Assembly (NCBI GenBank): GCA_035495955.1
Contig: DATJFE010000070.1
Coordinates: 29,332-93,331 of the forward strand
DNA length: 64,000 nt
DNA from: Vicinamibacterales bacterium
GTDB lineage: Bacteria > Acidobacteriota > Vicinamibacteria > Vicinamibacterales > 2-12-FULL-66-21
Direction: 5' to 3'
Below, piece after piece: positions 62,377 through 64,000 of the stretch. The translations under genes and the position numbers were made by a program. The notes under the pieces were generated by a model that ran no database searches, was not told the DNA's origin, and worked only from the letters and a program-made list of their open reading frames with translations. Each line of letters opens with the position of its first letter. Positions within the stretch are counted from its first letter, which is position 1.

Positions 62377-64000
62377 ATGTACAAGAGCATCTACGTTCCC
62401 GTCGATAACTCGGACCACTCCAACCGCGCCGTCGTCTGCGCCCTCGGACTGGGCAAGGCGTATTCGGCCAAACTGGTCGGCTGCCACGTCTACGCCGCAA
62501 AGCTGCACGACTATCGCTTCCGGCAGATGGAGTACACGCTGCCCGAGGAATACATCGACGAAGTGGAGCTGGAGCGGCAGCGGAAGATCCACGACAGCCT
62601 GATCACGATGGGGCTCAAGCTCATCTCCGACAGCTATCTCGACGGCATGTCGCGTCTGTGCGGGGAATCCGGGCTCGAATTCGAGCCGCGGATGATGGAT
62701 GGAAAACATCACACCGAGATCCTGAAGGACCTCGCCGGATCGCAGCACGACCTGGTCGTGATCGGCGCGCTCGGGATCGGCCGCGCCCGCGACAGCGTCA
62801 TCGGATCCGTGTGTGAACGCGTCGCCCGCCAGGCCGACCGCGACGTCTGGGTGGTCAAGCACGTGCCCGAGCCGGACGAGCCCGACCGCGACACGATTCT
62901 GGTCGGCGTCGACGGCAGTCCGCAGTCGTTCGGCGCGCTGATGACGGCGATCGATCTGGCGCGGACGTTCGGCAAGAAGGTCGAAACGATCGCCGTGTAC
63001 GATCCCTATCTCCACTACTCCGTCTTCAACGGCATCGTCAACGTCCTGACCGAGCAGGCGGCGAAGGTGTTCCGCTTCGAGGAGCAGAATCAGCTCCACG
63101 AAGAGATCATCGACACCGGACTCGCGCAGATCTACCAGTCGCATCTCGAGGTCAGCGAGAAGATGGCGAACGAGGCGGGCGTCGAAGTCAAGAAGACGCT
63201 CCTCGACGGCAAGCCCTTCCAGAAGATTCTCGACCACGCGCGCAAGACGAATCCCTGGCTCATCGTGCTGGGGCGGATCGGCGTCCACAGCCCGAAGAAC
63301 GAGACCGGGCTGGGCAGCAACGTCGAGAACATCCTTCGCGGGGCGCCATGCGACGTGCTCCTCTCCACGCGCATCGAAGTCCCGCGGCTCGACGTGCGCG
63401 CCGAGGAAACGGTCCGGTGGACCCCCGAGGCCGAGGCGCGGATGAAGAACGTGCCGGAGCAGGTCAAGGGGATCGCGCGCACCGGCGTGCTGCGGCTCGC
63501 GCTCGAAAAGGGGCACTCGGTGATCACGAGCGCCGTGATCGACGAAGCGATGGATCGGTTCATGCCGAAGAGCGCGTCGGCCGCCACCAAGGCGCTCGCC
63601 GAGGCCGTGGCGCTCGAACGCGCGAAGTCCGGCCCGGTGTCGATCTGCCGGTCGTGCGGCGTCGCCGCCACGCAGAGCGGGGCCGTCACGTGCACCGTGT
63701 GCGGGTCCACCGACTTCGACGTGATCTCGCAGGAGATGATCGAGAAGATCGCCGCCGTCGAGGGCGGGCTCGAGGAGGAGACGACCTACGACGGCCGGAA
63801 GCTGCGCTGGTCCGAGGAGGCGCGGAAGGGACTCTGGACGATGAAGAACGCGTACCAGCGGCGCCGCGTCAAGGCGCGCGTCGAGAAGCGCGCGCGCATG
63901 ATGAAGCTCGACGCGATCACGCTCGACTTCGCGCGACAGGTGATCGAGGAGGAGACCGGTGCGCCATTGGAGATCGCCGGAGGGGAGCGGGGCTTTGGGG
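62377..64000 (+). CDS. Tandem universal-stress-protein (Usp) domains fused to two PCP-reductase-like domains and a Cys4 ribbon (3' partial, runs off the window)
   Basis: My own translation gives MYKSIYVPVDNSDHS...VVIGALGIGR (Usp 1) and ILVGVDGSPQS...LIVLGRIGVHS (Usp 2). Then come VRWTPEAEARMKNVPEQVKGIARTGV, CRSCG-x13-CTVCG and LRWSEEARKGLWTMKNAYQRRRVKARVEK. The ORF is not in the supplied track because it has no stop inside the window. Confidence 0.75.
   Translation, partial: MYKSIYVPVDNSDHSNRAVVCALGLGKAYSAKLVGCHVYAAKLHDYRFRQMEYTLPEEYIDEVELERQRKIHDSLITMGLKLISDSYLDGMSRLCGESGLEFEPRMMDGKHHTEILKDLAGSQHDLVVIGALGIGRARDSVIGSVCERVARQADRDVWVVKHVPEPDEPDRDTILVGVDGSPQSFGALMTAIDLARTFGKKVETIAVYDPYLHYSVFNGIVNVLTEQAAKVFRFEEQNQLHEEIIDTGLAQIYQSHLEVSEKMANEAGVEVKKTLLDGKPFQKILDHARKTNPWLIVLGRIGVHSPKNETGLGSNVENILRGAPCDVLLSTRIEVPRLDVRAEETVRWTPEAEARMKNVPEQVKGIARTGVLRLALEKGHSVITSAVIDEAMDRFMPKSASAATKALAEAVALERAKSGPVSICRSCGVAATQSGAVTCTVCGSTDFDVISQEMIEKIAAVEGGLEEETTYDGRKLRWSEEARKGLWTMKNAYQRRRVKARVEKRARMMKLDAITLDFARQVIEEETGAPLEIAGGERGFG

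Overview
Very GC-rich chromosomal segment with about 55 protein-coding genes. I recognised no rRNA, tRNA, CRISPR array, transposase or integrase. All domain and family names come from reading the translated ORFs and from memory; no homology search was run.

The gene content points to Acidobacteriota. There are four large duplicated FtsX/MacB-type orphan permeases (ADOP-like), two of them preceded by PadR regulators. There is also a CarboxypepD_reg/TonB-dependent-receptor-like outer-membrane protein coupled to an acidobacterial VWFA-type protein.

Housekeeping and accessory genes include:
- pntAB-pntB transhydrogenase
- a SahR-like regulator followed by ahcY
- a P1B-type Cu-ATPase
- peptidases of families S9 and C1, and a D-aminoacylase
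- an MFS transporter, two phosphatases and a methyltransferase

Three things stand out:
1. **ACIII-like / cytochrome bd-like operon (53148-62362, + strand).** Seven translationally coupled genes combine Alternative-Complex-III-like modules (pentaheme ActA, ActB, monoheme ActE) with a roughly 14-helix CydA-like membrane protein that has no Q-loop. No NrfD-type subunit and no CydB are present. Three further c-type cytochrome proteins follow, one carrying an EB_dh/DOMON-like domain. This is the best candidate for an uncharacterised respiratory complex.
2. **PQQ dehydrogenase fused to a terminal oxidase operon (24420-16039, - strand).** A PQQ alcohol dehydrogenase with the lanthanide-type D-x-D signature, a MxaJ/XoxJ-like protein and a cytochrome c are joined by 4-nt start/stop overlaps to a complete caa3-type oxidase gene set and a CtaG-cytochrome c fusion.
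3. **Heptanucleotide tandem repeats.** At least ten intergenic arrays with period 7 occur, mostly starting 0-8 nt after stop codons. They fall into recurrent unit families, one of which forms a perfect 26-bp inverted repeat.
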